DNA from: Eledone cirrhosa
Lineage: Eukaryota
NCBI GenBank assembly: GCA_964016885.1
Contig: OZ024742.1
Coordinates: 291,772,001 to 291,836,000 of the forward strand
DNA length: 64,000 nucleotides
Reading direction: 5' to 3'
This document shows, piece by piece, positions 23,560-38,300 of this stretch; the stretch's first letter is position 1, and each line of letters opens with the position of its first letter. The notes under the pieces are model-generated. The model searched no databases and was not told the DNA's origin. It saw only the letters and a program-made list of their open reading frames with translations. A program made the position numbers and the translations under genes.

Positions 23560-23990
23560 AGCATGAATTATTTTTGATATAACTGAAGGGTCCTCCCAAC
23601 CCCTTGTACGAAATTTGAAATTGTAATCGCTACAATGCAGATAAATATAATAATAGTTGATAACCATAAATAATAATTGAATAAATCAGGTAAAGTACCT
23701 TTGAAAATGGGGTCTGCATCTCACTATTGAGTCCACAAGAGAACTTGTGCCTATTGACACAACTGAAGGGTTCTCCCAACTCCTTGTTTGGCAAGCTTTC
23801 TATGGTTGTATGCCCTTCTCAACAACAACCACTTTACAGCATGTATTGGGTGCTTTTATTGTGTAGATTACCAGCACTAAGAAAGTTGTCATGTCCCTGA
23901 CACAACTGAAGGGTCCTCCCAACCCTTTGTTTAGCAAGCTTTCTATGGCTGGATACCCTTCATACAACCAGCCACTTTACAGCATGTAGT
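23560..23990 (-). repeat. Tandemly reiterated RTE-related SINE segments
   Basis: AACTGAAGGGTYCTCCCAAC occurs three times (~23581, ~23761, ~23904). GCAAGCTTTCTATGG...CCACTTTACAGCATGTA occurs twice. Confidence 0.65.
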
Positions 23991-24252
23991 AATAAGTTTA
24001 TAATAAAAGAAAACAATAAAAGTACTATGTAGTGCAGTTAAACCCTATTGTTTTATAGTTATATACAGATTTTCTCAATCTAGATAAAGTGTAGATGTGA
24101 TAGTCATAATTGTTGAGTAATTATAAGATTTGAGAAGATAATTAAGTATTTAAAATACTCATTAACTAATCTGCCCAGAGTATGCTTACTTTTGACTTAC
24201 ACAGACATAGTTCACCCATCCAACCTATACCAACATGGAAAAATAGGCATTA

Positions 24253-24285
<33 letters not shown>

Positions 24286-24430
24286 GGGGGTGATAGTGAT
24301 GATGGTGGGGGTGGGGGTGATAGTGATGGTGGTGGGGTGATAGTGATTATTATGGTGGTGGTGGTGGTGGTGGGGTGATAGTGATTATTATGGTGGTGGT
24401 GGTGGTGATGATTGTGGTGCTGGTGGTTGT
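24253..24430. repeat. (GAT)n/(GGT)n compound microsatellite
   Basis: Direct inspection. Confidence 0.9.
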
Positions 24431-25692
24431 GGCGAAACTTAAAATAATAAAAAATAATCAAGATTCTAAAAAGTAACATTTCTGAATTCAGTGACAGAAG
24501 GAACTGATGATAGATAACTAGCGTTATATACTTTATGTAGGAAATTATTATTTAGAACTGTAATGATAAAAGTAATGTTGTGATAACATTCCACAAAAGG
24601 TTGATAATTCAAGCCCAACCAGGGACAACTGAAAGATTTTTATAAGCACAGACATGGCTGTGAGGTTAAGGAGTTTGCTTTGCAGCCTCATGGCTTCAAG
24701 ATCTGACCAATGCCTTATGAATTTGAGTGGAATTTGGTAGACAGAAATTGTAGAATAGATGTAAAATGATGATAAGTGTGTGTGTGTGTGTGTGTGTGGG
24801 TGTGTGTTAATGTCCCATAATTTATTAGTTCAACAAAAAGTGATCAATAAAATAAGTACCAGACTTGGAAATATTACTGGGGTCGATATAACAAACTAAA
24901 TTCCTTTAAGCATAGCCACAGTCTAATGACTAACTACTAAAAGAATAACACTGCCCCCCCCCCCCCACCTAGGCACAGAGTGTCACTTTCTCCCCTTCCC
25001 CCTCTCTTTTTCCTGTTGCCTAATAGTCCATGCCCTTTCCCTACTTTTCTTCACATTTATGGCATTTATAGCCCTTTCCGCTACAGCCAGATCTGCCCTT
25101 CTTTACCCTTTACCCCTTGATTTTTCATTACTTAATTTTGTTTTTCTTTAATATTTCCATCATTGTAAAATATAACATTTCCATTGTTTGTAATATGAAA
25201 CTGATGAGAAATATATTAAGGAAGTACAATTAAATTTACACCTTTGAACTATGTTGGATCAACCGATCTTCTACAAGATTGTATCTCATAGTTGTAGCTG
25301 TATCTCAGTTGTTTTAATGATAGGATCTCCAATCCAATTATTAAAAACAATGATAAAAAGGAATACAACACACTGCCCAGTCCAGGAATAGAACCCACAA
25401 CCTTATGATTATGAGAGCAACACCCTAACCACTAGGCTATGTGGTTTCATTAACAAGTAAAAGAAGAAAATATGATATTGTGATGAAAAATTATGTAACT
25501 ATGATTACAAATATATTAATATGTAATGATATATGATCACACACATTTTACATAGTATTTCTTATGTCAAGTGAATTGAAACAATTTGAAGAGAGACCAC
25601 AATGTAGTAACTAGCTATGCAGTAATCAATATATTTTACCTAACAATACATTATTAGACAGACAAGGTGACTTTCAGCAAGAAGTTTCATTG

Positions 25693-26190
25693 TTATTTAA
25701 CTATGTAAACAGTGAAATTATATGACTTAGTAGTTAGGATGTTCAGCTCATGATCACAAGGTCATGCGTTTTCTTCATGGTTGTGTATTGTGTCCTTGAG
25801 CAAGACACTTTACTTCACATTGCTCCAGTCTACTCAGCTGGCAAAAGATGATAGTTATTTAACTATATATATAGTGAAGTTACATGACTTAGTGGTTAGG
25901 ATGTTCAACTCATGATCACAATATCATGAGTTTTCTTCATGGTTGTGTGTTGTGTCCTTGAGCAAGACACTTTAGTTCATATTGGTCCAGTCCACTCAGC
26001 TAGCAAAATATGAGCTGTATATGTAATAAAAAGGACCAACTTTGTCATATAGTGTGTGATAGTGAATTTCCCTGAAAAATACATTAATGGTACACATATC
26101 TGTGGAATGCTCAGCCACTTGTAAATTAAATTCATGAGTAGGCCATATTAGTGATTGAGTAAATGAAACACTGTCAGAACTGACAAGGGT
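25693..26190 (+). mobile_element. CORE-type SINE with a 162-bp tandem duplication of its head plus upstream flank
   Basis: TTATTTAACTAT...GACTTAGTRGTTAGGATGTTCA...TGTGTCCTTGAGCAAGACACTTTA...CTCAGCT starts at 25693 and again at 25855. The tail TGTGGAATGCTCAGCCACTTG is at ~26101. Confidence 0.8.
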
Positions 26191-26350
26191 TCAACACACA
26201 CACAAAGCTATGTAAGCTACAACATTTTTATTTTATTTGGGAGAATGAGGCACATAACTGCACAATGTAGAGCAAGCTTAGGGTGCTGAATTGTGTAGTG
26301 CTAAATTAAAAGAAGTGCAGTATTTGGTTATAAGCAATGCAGTGTCAACG

Positions 26351-29300
26351 TATGAGGTGTGGTGTGGTGTACAGTAATGTTGTCAGTGTCTATGAGAGGT
26401 GTAGTGTGGTGTACTGTAATGTCAGTGTCTATGAGAGGTGTAGTGTGGTGTACTGTAATGTCAGTGGCTATGAGAGGTGTAGTGTGGTGTACTGTAATGG
26501 CAGTGTCTATGAGAGGTGTAGTGTGGTGTACTGTAATGTCAGTGTCTATGAGAGGTGTAGTGTGGTGTACTGTAATGTCAGTGTCTATGAGAGGTGTAGT
26601 GTGGTGTACTGTAATGTCAGTGTCTATGAGAGGTGTAGTGTGGTGTACTGTAATGTCAGTGTCTATGAGAGGTGTAGTGTGGTGTACTGTAATGTCAGTG
26701 TCTATGAGAGGTGTAGTGTGGTGTACTGTAATGTCAGTGTCTATGAGAGGTGTAGTGTGGTGTACTGTAATGTCAGTGTCTATGAGAGGTGTAGTGTGGT
26801 GTATTGTAATGTCAGTGTCTATGAGAGGTGTAGTGTGGTGTATTGTAATGTCAGTGTCTATGAGAGGTGTAGTGTGGTGTATTGTAATGTCAGTGTCTAT
26901 GAGAGGTGTGGTGTGGTGTACTGTAATGTCAGTGTCTATGAGAGGTGTAGTGTGGTGTATTGTAATGTCAGTGTCTATGAGAGGTGTAGTGTGGTGTATG
27001 TAATGTCAGTGTCTATGAGAGGTGTAGTGTGGTGTATTGTAATGTCGTCAGTGTCTATGAGAGGTGTAGTGTGGTGTACTGTAATGTCAGTGTCTATGAG
27101 AGGTGTAGTGTGGTGTACTGTAATGTCAGTGTCTATGAGAGGTGTAGTGTGGTGTACTGTAATGTCAGTGTCTATGAGAGGTGTAGTGTGGTGTACTCTA
27201 ATGTCAGTGTCTATGAGAGGTGTAGTGTGGTGTACTGTAATGTCAGTGTCTATGAGAGGTGTAGTGTGGTGTCTTGTAATGTCAGTGGCTATGAGAGGTG
27301 TACTGTGGTGTACTGTAATGTCAGTGTCTATGAGAGGTGTAGTGTGGTGTACTGTAATGTCGTCAGTGGCTATGAGAGGTGTAGTGTGGTGTACTGTAAT
27401 GTCAGTGTCTATGAGAGGTGTAGTGTGGTGTACTGTAATGTCAGTGTCTATGAGAGGTGTAGTGTGGTGTATTGTAATGTCGTCAGTGTCTATGAGAGGT
27501 GTAGTGTGGTGTACTGTAATGTCAGTGTCTATGAGAGGTGTAGTGTGGTGTACTGTAATGTTGTCAGTGTCTATGAGAGGTGTAGTGTGGTGTACTGTAA
27601 TGTCAGTGGCTATGAGAGGTGTAGTGTGGTGTACTGTAATGTCAGTGTCTATGAGAGGTGTAGTGTGGTGTACTGTAATGTCAGTGTCTATGAGAGGTGT
27701 AGTGTGGTGTACTGTAATGTCAGTGTCTATGAGAGGTGTAGTGTGGTGTACTGTAATGTCAGTGGCTATGAGAGGTGTAGTGTGGTGTACTGTAATGTCA
27801 GTGTCTATGAGAGGTGTAGTGTGGTGTACTGTAATGTCAGTGTCTATGAGAGGTGTAGTGTGGTGTACTGTAATGTCAGTGTCTATGAGAGGTGTAGTGT
27901 GGTGTACTGTAATGTCAGTGTCTATGAGAGGTGTAGTGTGGTGTACTGTAATGTCAGTGTCTATGAGAGGTGTAGTGTGGTGTACTGTAATGTCAGTGTC
28001 TATGAGAGGTGTAGTGTGGTGTACTGTAATGTCAGAGTCTATGAGAGGTGTAGTGTGGTGTACTGTAATGTCAGTGTCTATGAGAGGTGTAGTGTGGTGT
28101 ACTGTAATGTCAGTGTCTATGAGAGGTGTAGTGTGGTGTACTGTAATGTCAGTGTCTATGAGAAGTGTAGTGTGGTGTACTGTAATGTCAGTGTCTATGA
28201 GAGGTGTAGTGTGGTGTACTGTAATGTCAGTGTCTATGAGAGGTGTAGTGTGGTGTATTGTAATGTCAGTGTCTATGAGAGGTGTAGTGTGGTGTATGTA
28301 ATGTCAGTGTCTATGAGAGGTGTAGTGTGGTGTACTGTAATGTCGTCAGTGTCTATGAGAGGTGTAGTGTGGTGTACTGTAATGTCAGTGTCTATGAGAG
28401 GTGTAGTGTGGTGTACTGTAATGTCAGTGTCTATGAGAGGTGTAGTGTGGTGTACTGTAATGTCAGTGTCTATGAGAGGTGTAGTGTGGTGTCTTGTAAT
28501 GTCAGTGGCTATGAGAGGTGTAGTGTGGTGTACTGTAATGTTGTCAGTGTCTATGAGAGGTGTAGTGTGGTGTACTGTAATGTCAGTGTCTATGAGAGGT
28601 GTAGTGTGGTGTACTGTAATGTCAGTGTCTATGAGAGGTGTAGTGTGGTGTCTTGTAATGTCAGTGGCTATGAGAGGTGTAGTGTGGTGTACTGTAATGT
28701 CAGTGTCTATGAGAGGTGTAGTGTGGTGTACTGTAATGTTGTCAGTGTCTATGAGAGGTGTAGTGTGGTGTACTGTAATGTCAGTGTCTATGAGAGGTGT
28801 AGTGTGGTGTACTGTAATGTCAGTGTCTATGAGAGGTGTAGTGTGGTGTCTTGTAATGTCAGTGGCTATGAGAGGTGTAGTGTGGTGTACTGTAATGTCA
28901 GTGTCTATGAGAGGAGTAGTGTGGTGTACAGTAATGTTGTCAGTGTCTATGAGAGGTGTAGTGTGGTGTACTGTAATGTCAGTGTCTATGAGAGGTGTAG
29001 TGTGGTGTACTGTAATGTCGTCAGTGTCTATGAGAGGTGTAGTGTGGTGTACTGTAATGTCAGTGTCTATGAGAGGTGTAGTGTGGTGTATTGTAATGTC
29101 GTCAGTGTCTATGAGAGGTGTAGTGTGGTGTACTGTAATGTCAGTGTCTATGAGAGGTGTAGTGTGGTGTACTGTAATGTTGTCAGTGTCTATGAGAGGT
29201 GTAGTGTGGTGTACTGTAATGTCAGTGGCTATGAGAGGTGTAGTGTGGTGTACTGTAATGTCAGTGTCTATGAGAGGTGTAGTGTGGTGTACTGTAATGT

Positions 29301-32300
29301 CAGTGTCTATGAGAGGTGTAGTGTGGTGTACTGTAATGTCAGTGTCTATGAGAGGTGTAGTGTGGTGTACTGTAATGTCAGTGTCTATGAGAGGTGTAGT
29401 ATGGTGTATTGTAATGTCAGTGTCTATGAGAGGTGTAGTGTGGTGTACTGTAATGTCAGTGTCTATGAGAGGTGTAGTGTGGTGTACTGTAATGTCAGTG
29501 TCTATGAGAGGTGTAGTGTGGTGTACTGTAATGTCAGTGTCTATGAGAGGTGTAGTGTGGTGTACTGTAATGTCAGTGTCTATGAGAGGTGTAGTGTGGT
29601 GTACTGTAATGTCAGTGTCTATGAGAGGTGTAGTGTGGTGTATTGTAATTTCAGTGTCTATGAGAGGTGTAGTGTGGTGTACTGTAATGTCAGTGTCTAT
29701 GAGAGGTGTAGTGTGGTGTACTGTAATGTCAGTGTCTATGAGAGGTGTAGTGTGGTGTACTGTAATGTCAGTGTCTATGAGAGGTGTAGTGTGGTGTACT
29801 GTAATGTCAGTGTCTATGAGAGGTGTAGTGTGGTGTACTGTAATGTCAGTGTCTATGAGAGGTGTAGTGTGGTGTACTGTAATGTCAGTGTCTATGAGAG
29901 GTGTAGTGTGGTGTATTGTAATGTCAGTGTCTATGAGAGGTGTAGTGTGGTGTACTGTAATGTCAGTGTCTATGAGAGGTGTAGTGTGGTGTATTGTAAT
30001 GTCAGTGTCTATGAGAGGTGTAGTGTGGTGTACTGTAATGTCAGTGTCTATGAGAGGTGTAGTGTGGTGTACTGTAATGTCAGTGTCTATGTGAGGTGTA
30101 GTGTGGTGTACTGTAATGTCAGTGTCTATGAGAGGTGTAGTGTGGTGTACTGTAATGTCAGTGTCTATGAGAGGTGTAGTGTGGTGTACTGTAATGTCAG
30201 TGGCTATGAGAGGTGTAGTGTGGTGTACAGTAATGTTGTCAGTGTCTATGAGAGGTGTAGTGTGGTGTACTGTAATGTCAGTGTCTATGAGAGGTGTAGT
30301 GTGGTGTACTGTAATGTCAGTGTCTATGAGAGGTGTAGTGTGGTGTACTGTAATGTCAGTGTCTATGAGAGGTGTAGTGTGGTGTACTGTAATGTCAGTG
30401 TATATGAGAGGTGTAGTGTGGAGTACTGTAATGTCAGTGTCTATGAGAGGTGTAGTGTGGTGTACTGTAATGTCAGTGTCTATGAGAGGTGTAGTGTTGT
30501 GTACTGTAATGTCAGTGTCTATGAGAGGTGTAGTGTGGTGTACTGTAATGTCAGTGTCTATGAGAGGTGTAGTGTGGTGTACTGTAATGTCAGTGTCTAT
30601 GAGAGGTGTAGTGTGGTGTACTGTAATGTCAGTGTCTATGAGAGGTGTAGTGTGGTGTACTCTAATGTCAGTGTCTATGAGAGGTGTAGTGTGGTGTACT
30701 GTAATGTCAGTGTCTATGAGAAGTGTAGTGTGGTGTACTGTAATGTCAGTGTCTATGAGAGGTGTAGTGTGGTGTACTGTAATGTCAGTGTCTATGAGAG
30801 GTGTAGTGTGGTGTACTGTAATGTCAGTGTCTATGAGAGGTGTAGTGTGGTGTCTTGTAATGTCAGTGGCTATGAGAGGTGTAGTGTGGTGTACTGTAAT
30901 GTCAGTGTCTATGAGAGGTGTAGTGTGGTGTACTGTAATGTTGTCAGTGTCTATGAGAGGTGTAGTGTGGTGTACTGTAATGTCAGTGTCTATGAGAGGT
31001 GTAGTGTGGTGTACTGTAATGTCAGTGTCTATGAGAGGTGTAGTGTGGTGTCTTGTAATGTCAGTGGCTATGAGAGGTGTAGTGTGGTGTACTGTAATGT
31101 CAGTGTCTATGAGAGGAGTAGTGTGGTGTACAGTAATGTTGTCAGTGTCTATGAGAGGTGTAGTGTGGTGTACTGTAATGTCAGTGTCTATGAGAGGTGT
31201 AGTGTGGTGTACTGTAATGTCGTCAGTGTCTATGAGAGGTGTAGTGTGGTGTACTGTAATGTCAGTGTCTATGAGAGGTGTAGTGTGGTGTATTGTAATG
31301 TCGTCAGTGTCTATGAGAGGTGTAGTGTGGTGTACTGTAATGTCAGTGTCTATGAGAGGTGTAGTGTGGTGTACTGTAATGTTGTCAGTGTCTATGAGAG
31401 GTGTAGTGTGGTGTACTGTAATGTCAGTGGCTATGAGAGGTGTAGTGTGGTGTACTGTAATGTCAGTGTCTATGAGAGGTGTAGTGTGGTGTACTGTAAT
31501 GTCAGTGTCTATGAGAGGTGTAGTGTGGTGTACTGTAATGTCAGTGTCTATGAGAGGTGTAGTGTGGTGTACTGTAATGTCAGTGTCTATGAGAGGTGTA
31601 GTATGGTGTATTGTAATGTCAGTGTCTATGAGAGGTGTAGTGTGGTGTACTGTAATGTCAGTGTCTATGAGAGGTGTAGTGTGGTGTACTGTAATGTCAG
31701 TGTCTATGAGAGGTGTAGTGTGGTGTACTGTAATGTCAGTGTCTATGAGAGGTGTAGTGTGGTGTACTGTAATGTCAGTGTCTATGAGAGGTGTAGTGTG
31801 GTGTACTGTAATGTCAGTGTCTATGAGAGGTGTAGTGTGGTGTATTGTAATTTCAGTGTCTATGAGAGGTGTAGTGTGGTGTACTGTAATGTCAGTGTCT
31901 ATGAGAGGTGTAGTGTGGTGTACTGTAATGTCAGTGTCTATGAGAGGTGTAGTGTGGTGTACTGTAATGTCAGTGTCTATGAGAGGTGTAGTGTGGTGTA
32001 CTGTAATGTCAGTGTCTATGAGAGGTGTAGTGTGGTGTACTGTAATGTCAGTGTCTATGAGAGGTGTAGTGTGGTGTACTGTAATGTCAGTGTCTATGAG
32101 AGGTGTAGTGTGGTGTATTGTAATGTCAGTGTCTATGAGAGGTGTAGTGTGGTGTACTGTAATGTCAGTGTCTATGAGAGGTGTAGTGTGGTGTATTGTA
32201 ATGTCAGTGTCTATGAGAGGTGTAGTGTGGTGTACTGTAATGTCAGTGTCTATGAGAGGTGTAGTGTGGTGTACTGTAATGTCAGTGTCTATGTGAGGTG

Positions 32301-35300
32301 TAGTGTGGTGTACTGTAATGTCAGTGTCTATGAGAGGTGTAGTGTGGTGTACTGTAATGTCAGTGTCTATGAGAGGTGTAGTGTGGTGTACTGTAATGTC
32401 AGTGGCTATGAGAGGTGTAGTGTGGTGTACAGTAATGTTGTCAGTGTCTATGAGAGGTGTAGTGTGGTGTACTGTAATGTCAGTGTCTATGAGAGGTGTA
32501 GTGTGGTGTACTGTAATGTCAGTGTCTATGAGAGGTGTAGTGTGGTGTACTGTAATGTCAGTGTCTATGAGAGGTGTAGTGTGGTGTACTGTAATGTCAG
32601 TGTATATGAGAGGTGTAGTGTGGAGTACTGTAATGTCAGTGTCTATGAGAGGTGTAGTGTGGTGTACTGTAATGTCAGTGTCTATGAGAGGTGTAGTGTT
32701 GTGTACTGTAATGTCAGTGTCTATGAGAGGTGTAGTGTGGTGTACTGTAATGTCAGTGTCTATGAGAGGTGTAGTGTGGTGTACTGTAATGTCAGTGTCT
32801 ATGAGAGGTGTAGTGTGGTGTACTGTAATGTCAGTGTCTATGAGAGGTGTAGTGTGGTGTACTCTAATGTCAGTGTCTATGAGAGGTGTAGTGTGGTGTA
32901 CTGTAATGTCAGTGTCTATGAGAAGTGTAGTGTGGTGTACTGTAATGTCAGTGTCTATGAGAGGTGTAGTGTGGTGTACTGTAATGTCAGTGTCTATGAG
33001 AGGTGTAGTGTGGTGTACTGTAATGTCAGTGTCTATGTGAGGTGTAGTGTGGTGTACTGTAATGTCTGTCTATGAGAGGTGTAGTGTGGTGTACTGTAAT
33101 GTCAGTGTCTATGAGAGGTGTAGTGTGGTGTACAGTAATGTTGTCAGTGTCTATGAGAGGTGTAGTGTGGTGTACTGTAATGTCAGTGTCTATGAGAGGT
33201 GTAGTGTGGTGTATTGTAATGTCAGTGTCTATGAGAGGTGTAGTGTGGTGTACAGTAATGTTGTCAGTGTCTATGAGAGGTGTAGTGTGGTGTACTGTAA
33301 TGTCAGTGTCTATGAGAGGTGTAGTGTGGTGTATTGTAATGTCAGTGTCTATGAGAGGTGTAGTGTGGTGTACAGTAATGTTGTCAGTGTCTATGAGAGG
33401 TGTAGTGTTGTGTACTGTAATGTCAGTGTCTATGAGAGGTGTAGTGTGGTGTATTGTAATGTCAGTGTCTATGAGAGGTGTAGTGTGGTGTACTGTAATG
33501 TCAGTGGCTATGAGAGGTGTAGTGTGGTGTACAGTAATGTTGTCAGTGTCTATGAGAGGTGTAGTGTTGTGTACTGTAATGTCAGTGTCTATGAGAGGTG
33601 TAGTGTGGTGTATTGTAATGTCAGTGTCTATGAGAGGTGTAGTGTGGTGTACTGTAATGTCAGTGTCTATGAGAGGTGTAGTGTGGTGTACTGTAATGTC
33701 AGTGTCTATGAGAGGTGTAGTGTGGTGTACTGTAATGTCAGTGTCTATGTGAGGTGTAGTGTGGTGTACTGTAATGTCAGTGTCTATGAGAGGTGTAGTG
33801 TGGTGTACTGTAATGTCAGTGTCTATGAGAGGTGTAGTGTGGTGTACTGTAATGTCAGTGGCTATGAGAGGTGTAGTGTGGTGTACAGTAATGTTGTCAG
33901 TGTCTATGAGAGGTGTAGTGTGGTGTACTGTAATGTCAGTGTCTATGAGAGGTGTAGTGTGGTGTACTGTAATGTCAGTGTCTATGAGAGGTGTAGTGTG
34001 GTGTACTGTAATGTCAGTGTCTATGAGAGGTGTAGTGTGGTGTACTGTAATGTCAGTGTCTATGAGAGGTGTGGTGTGGTGTACTGTAATGTCAGTGTCT
34101 ATGAGAGGTGTGGTGTGGTGTACTGTAATGTCAGTGTCTATGAGAGGTGTAGTGTGGTGTACTGTAATGTCAGTGTCTATGAGAGGTGTAGTGTGGTGTA
34201 CTGTAATGTCAGTGTATATGAGAGGTGTAGTGTGGAGTACTGTAATGTCAGTGTCTATGAGAGTTGTAGTGTGGTGTACTGTAATGTCAGTGTCTATGAG
34301 AGGAGTAGTGTGGTGTACTGTAATGTCAGTGTCTATGAGAGGTGTAGTGTGGTGTATTGTAATGTCAGTGTCTATGAGAGGTGTAGTGTGGTGTACTGTA
34401 ATGTCAGTGTCTATGAGAGGTGTAGTGTGGTGTACTGTAATGTCAGTGTCTATGAGAGGTGTAGTGTGGTGTACAGTAATGTCAGTGGCTATGAGAGGTG
34501 TAGTGTGGTGTACAGTAATGTTGTCAGTGTCTATGAGAGGTGTAGTGTGGTGTACTGTAATGTCAGTGTCTATGAGAGGTGTAGTGTGGTGTACTGTAAT
34601 GTCAGTGTCTATGAGAGGTGTAGTGTGGTGTACTGTAATGTCAGTGTCTATGAGAGGTGTAGTGTGGTGTATTGTAATGTCAGTGTCTATGAGAGGTGTA
34701 GTGTGGTGTACTGTAATGTCAGTGTCTATGAGAGGTGTAGTGTGGTGTACTGTAATGTCAGAGTCTATGAGAGGTGTAGTGTGGTGTACTGTGTAATGTC
34801 AGTGTCTATGAGAGGTGTAGTGTGGTGTATTGTAATGTCAGTGTCTATGAGAGGTGTAGTGTGGTGTACTGTAATGTCAGTGTCTATGAGAGGTGTAGTG
34901 TGGTGTACTGTAATGTCAGTGTCTATGAGAGGTGTAGTGTGGTGTACTGTAATGTCAGTGGCTATGAGAGGTGTAGTGTGGTGTACTGTAATGTCAGTGG
35001 CTATGAGAGGTGTAGTGTGGTGTACTGTAATGTCAGTGTCTATGAGAGGTGTAGTGTGGTGTACTGTAATGTCAGTGTCTATGAGAGGTGTAGTGTGGTG
35101 TACTGTAATGTCAGTGTCTATGAGAGGTGTAGTGTGGTGTACTGTAATGTCAGTGGCTATGAGAGGTGTAGTGTGGTGTACTGTAATGTCAGTGTCTATG
35201 AGAGGTGTAGTGTGGTGTACTGTAATGTCAGTGTCTATGCGAGGTGTAGTATGGTGTACTGTAATGTCAGTGGCTATGAGAGGAGTAGTGTGGTGTACTG

Positions 35301-38300
35301 TAATGTCAGTGTCTATGAGAGGTGTAGTGTGGTGTATTGTAATGTCAGTGTCTATGAGAGGTGTAGTGTGGTGTACTGTAATGTCAGTGTCTATGAGAGG
35401 TGTAGTGTGGTGTACTGTAATGTCAGTGGCTATGAGAGGTGTAGTGTGGTGTACTGTAATGTCAGTGTCTATGAGAGGTGTAGTGTGGTGTATTGTAATG
35501 TCAGTGTCTATGAGAGGTGTAGTGTGGTGTACTGTAATGTTGTCAGTGTCTATGAGAGGTGTAGTGTGGTGTACTGTAATGTCAGTGGCTATGAGAGGTG
35601 TAGTGTGGTGTACTGTAATGTCACTGGCTATGAGAGGTGTAGTGTGGTGTACTGTAATGTCAGTGTCTATGAGAGGTGTAGTGTGGTGTACTGTAATGTC
35701 AGTGTCTTTGAGAGGTGTAGTGTGGTGTACTGTAATGTCAGTGTCTATGAGAGGTGTAGTGTGGTGTACTGTAATGTCAGTGTCTATGAGAGGTATAGTG
35801 TGGTGTACTGTAATGTCAGTGGCTATGAGAGGTGTAGTGTGGTGTACTGTAATGTCAGTGTCTATGAGAGGTGTAGTGTGGTGTACTGTAATGTCAGTGT
35901 CTTTGAGAGGTGTAGTGTGGTGTACTGTAATGTCAGTGTCTATGAGAGGTGTAGTGTGGTGTACTGTAATGTCAGTGTTTATGAGAGGTGTAGTGTGGTG
36001 TACTGTAATGTCAGTGTCTATGAGAGGTGTAGTGTGGTGTACTGTAATGTCAGTGTCTATGAGAGGTGTAGTGTGGTGTACTGTAATGTCAGTGTCTATG
36101 AGAGGTGTAGTGTGGTGTACTGTAATGTCAGTGTCTATGAGAGGTGTAGTGTGGTGTATTGTAATGTCAGTGTCTATGAGAGGTGTAGTGTGGTGTACTG
36201 TAATGTCAGTGTCTATGAGAGGTGTAGTGTGGAGTACTGTAATGTCAGTGTCTATGAGAGGTGTAGTGTGGTGTACTGTAATGTCAGTGTCTATGAGAGG
36301 TGTAGTGTTGTGTACTGTAATGTCAGTGTCTATGAGAGGTGTAGTGTGGTGTACTGTAATGTCAGTGTCTATGAGAGGTGTAGTGTGGTGTACTGTAATG
36401 TCAGTGTCTATGAGAGGTGTAGTGTGGTGTATTGTAATGTCAGTGTCTATGAGAGGTGTAGTGTGGTGTACTGTAATGTCAGTGTCTATGAGAGGTGTAG
36501 TGTGGTGTATTGTAATGTCAGTGTCTATGAGAGGTGTAGTGTGGTGTACTGTAATGTCAGTGTCTATGAGAGGTGCAGTGTAGTGTATTGTAATGTCAGT
36601 GTCTATGAGAGGTGTAGTGTGGTGTACTGTAATGTCAGTGTCTATGAGAGGTGTAGTGTGGTGTATTGTAATGTCAGTGTCTATGAGAGGTGTAGTGTGG
36701 TGTACTGTAATGTCAGTGTCTATGAGAGGTGTAGTGTGGTGTACTGTAATGTCAGTGTCTATGAGAGGTGTAGTGTGGTGTACTGTAATGTCAGTGTCTA
36801 TGAGAGGTGTAGTGTGGTGTACTGTAATGTCAGTGTCTATGAGAGGTGTAGTGTGGTGTACTGTAATGTCAGTGTCTATGAGAGGTGTAGTGTGGAGTAC
36901 TGTAATGTCAGTGTCTATGAGAGGTGTAGTGTGGTGTACTGTAATGTCAGTGTCTCTGAGAGGTGTAGTGTGGTGTACTGTAATGTCAGTGTCTCTGAGA
37001 GGTGTAGTGTGGTGTACTGTAATGTCGTCAGTGGCTATGAGAGGTGTAGTGTGGTGTACTGTAATGTCAGTGTCTATGAGAGGTGTAGTGTGGAGTACTG
37101 CAATGTCAGTGTCTATGAGAGGTGTAGTGTGGTGTACTGTAATGTCAGTGTCTATGAGAGGTGTAGTGTGGTGTACTGTAATGTCAGTGTCTATGAGAGG
37201 TGTAGTGTGGTGTACTGTAATGTTGTCAGTGTCTATGAGAGGTGTAGTGTGGTGTATTGTAATGTCACTGTCTATGAGAGGTGTAGTGTGGTGTACTGTA
37301 ATGTTGTCAGTGTCTATGAGAGGTGTAGTGTGGTGTATTGTAATGTCAGTGTCTATGAGAGGTGTAGTGTGGTGTACTGTAATGTCAGTGTCTTTGAGAG
37401 GTGTAGTGTGGTGTACTGTAATGTCAGTGGCTATGAGAGGTGTAGTGTGGTGTACTGTAATGTCAGTGTCTATGAGAGGTGTAGTGTGGTGTACTGTAAT
37501 GTCAGTGTCTATGAGAGGTGTAGTGTGGTGTACTGTAATGTCAGTGTCTATGAGAGGTGTAGTGTGGTGTACTGTAATGTCAGTGTCTATGAGAGGTGTA
37601 GTGTGGTGTACTGTAATGTCAGTGTCTATGAGAGGTGTAGTGTGGTGTACTGTAATGTCAGTGTCTATGAGAGGTGTAGTGTGGTGTACTGTAATGTCAG
37701 TGTCTATGAGAGGTGTAGTGTGGTGTACTGTAATGTCAGTGTCTATGAGAGGTGTAGTGTGGTGTACTCTAATGTCAGTGTCTATGAGAGGTGTAGTGTG
37801 GTGTACTGTAATGTCAGTGTCTATGAGAAGTGTAGTGTGGTGTACTGTAATGTCAGTGTCTATGAGAGGTGTAGTGTGGTGTACTGTAATGTCAGTGTCT
37901 ATGAGAGGTGTAGTGTGGTGTACTGTAATGTCAGTGTCTATGTGAGGTGTAGTGTGGTGTACTGTAATGTCTGTCTATGAGAGGTGTAGTGTGGTGTACT
38001 GTAATGTCAGTGTCTATGAGAGGTGTAGTGTGGTGTACAGTAATGTTGTCAGTGTCTATGAGAGGTGTAGTGTGGTGTACTGTAATGTCAGTGTCTATGA
38101 GAGGTGTAGTGTGGTGTATTGTAATGTCAGTGTCTATGAGAGGTGTAGTGTGGTGTACAGTAATGTTGTCAGTGTCTATGAGAGGTGTAGTGTGGTGTAC
38201 TGTAATGTCAGTGTCTATGAGAGGTGTAGTGTGGTGTATTGTAATGTCAGTGTCTATGAGAGGTGTAGTGTGGTGTACAGTAATGTTGTCAGTGTCTATG

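Noticed and set aside
23163-24479. Poly-His / poly-Pro ORFs
   Set aside because: Translations of (TGG/TGA)n microsatellites.
25195-25260. Possible hammerhead ribozyme (CTGATGA)
   Set aside because: No stem II followed by GAAA could be formed.
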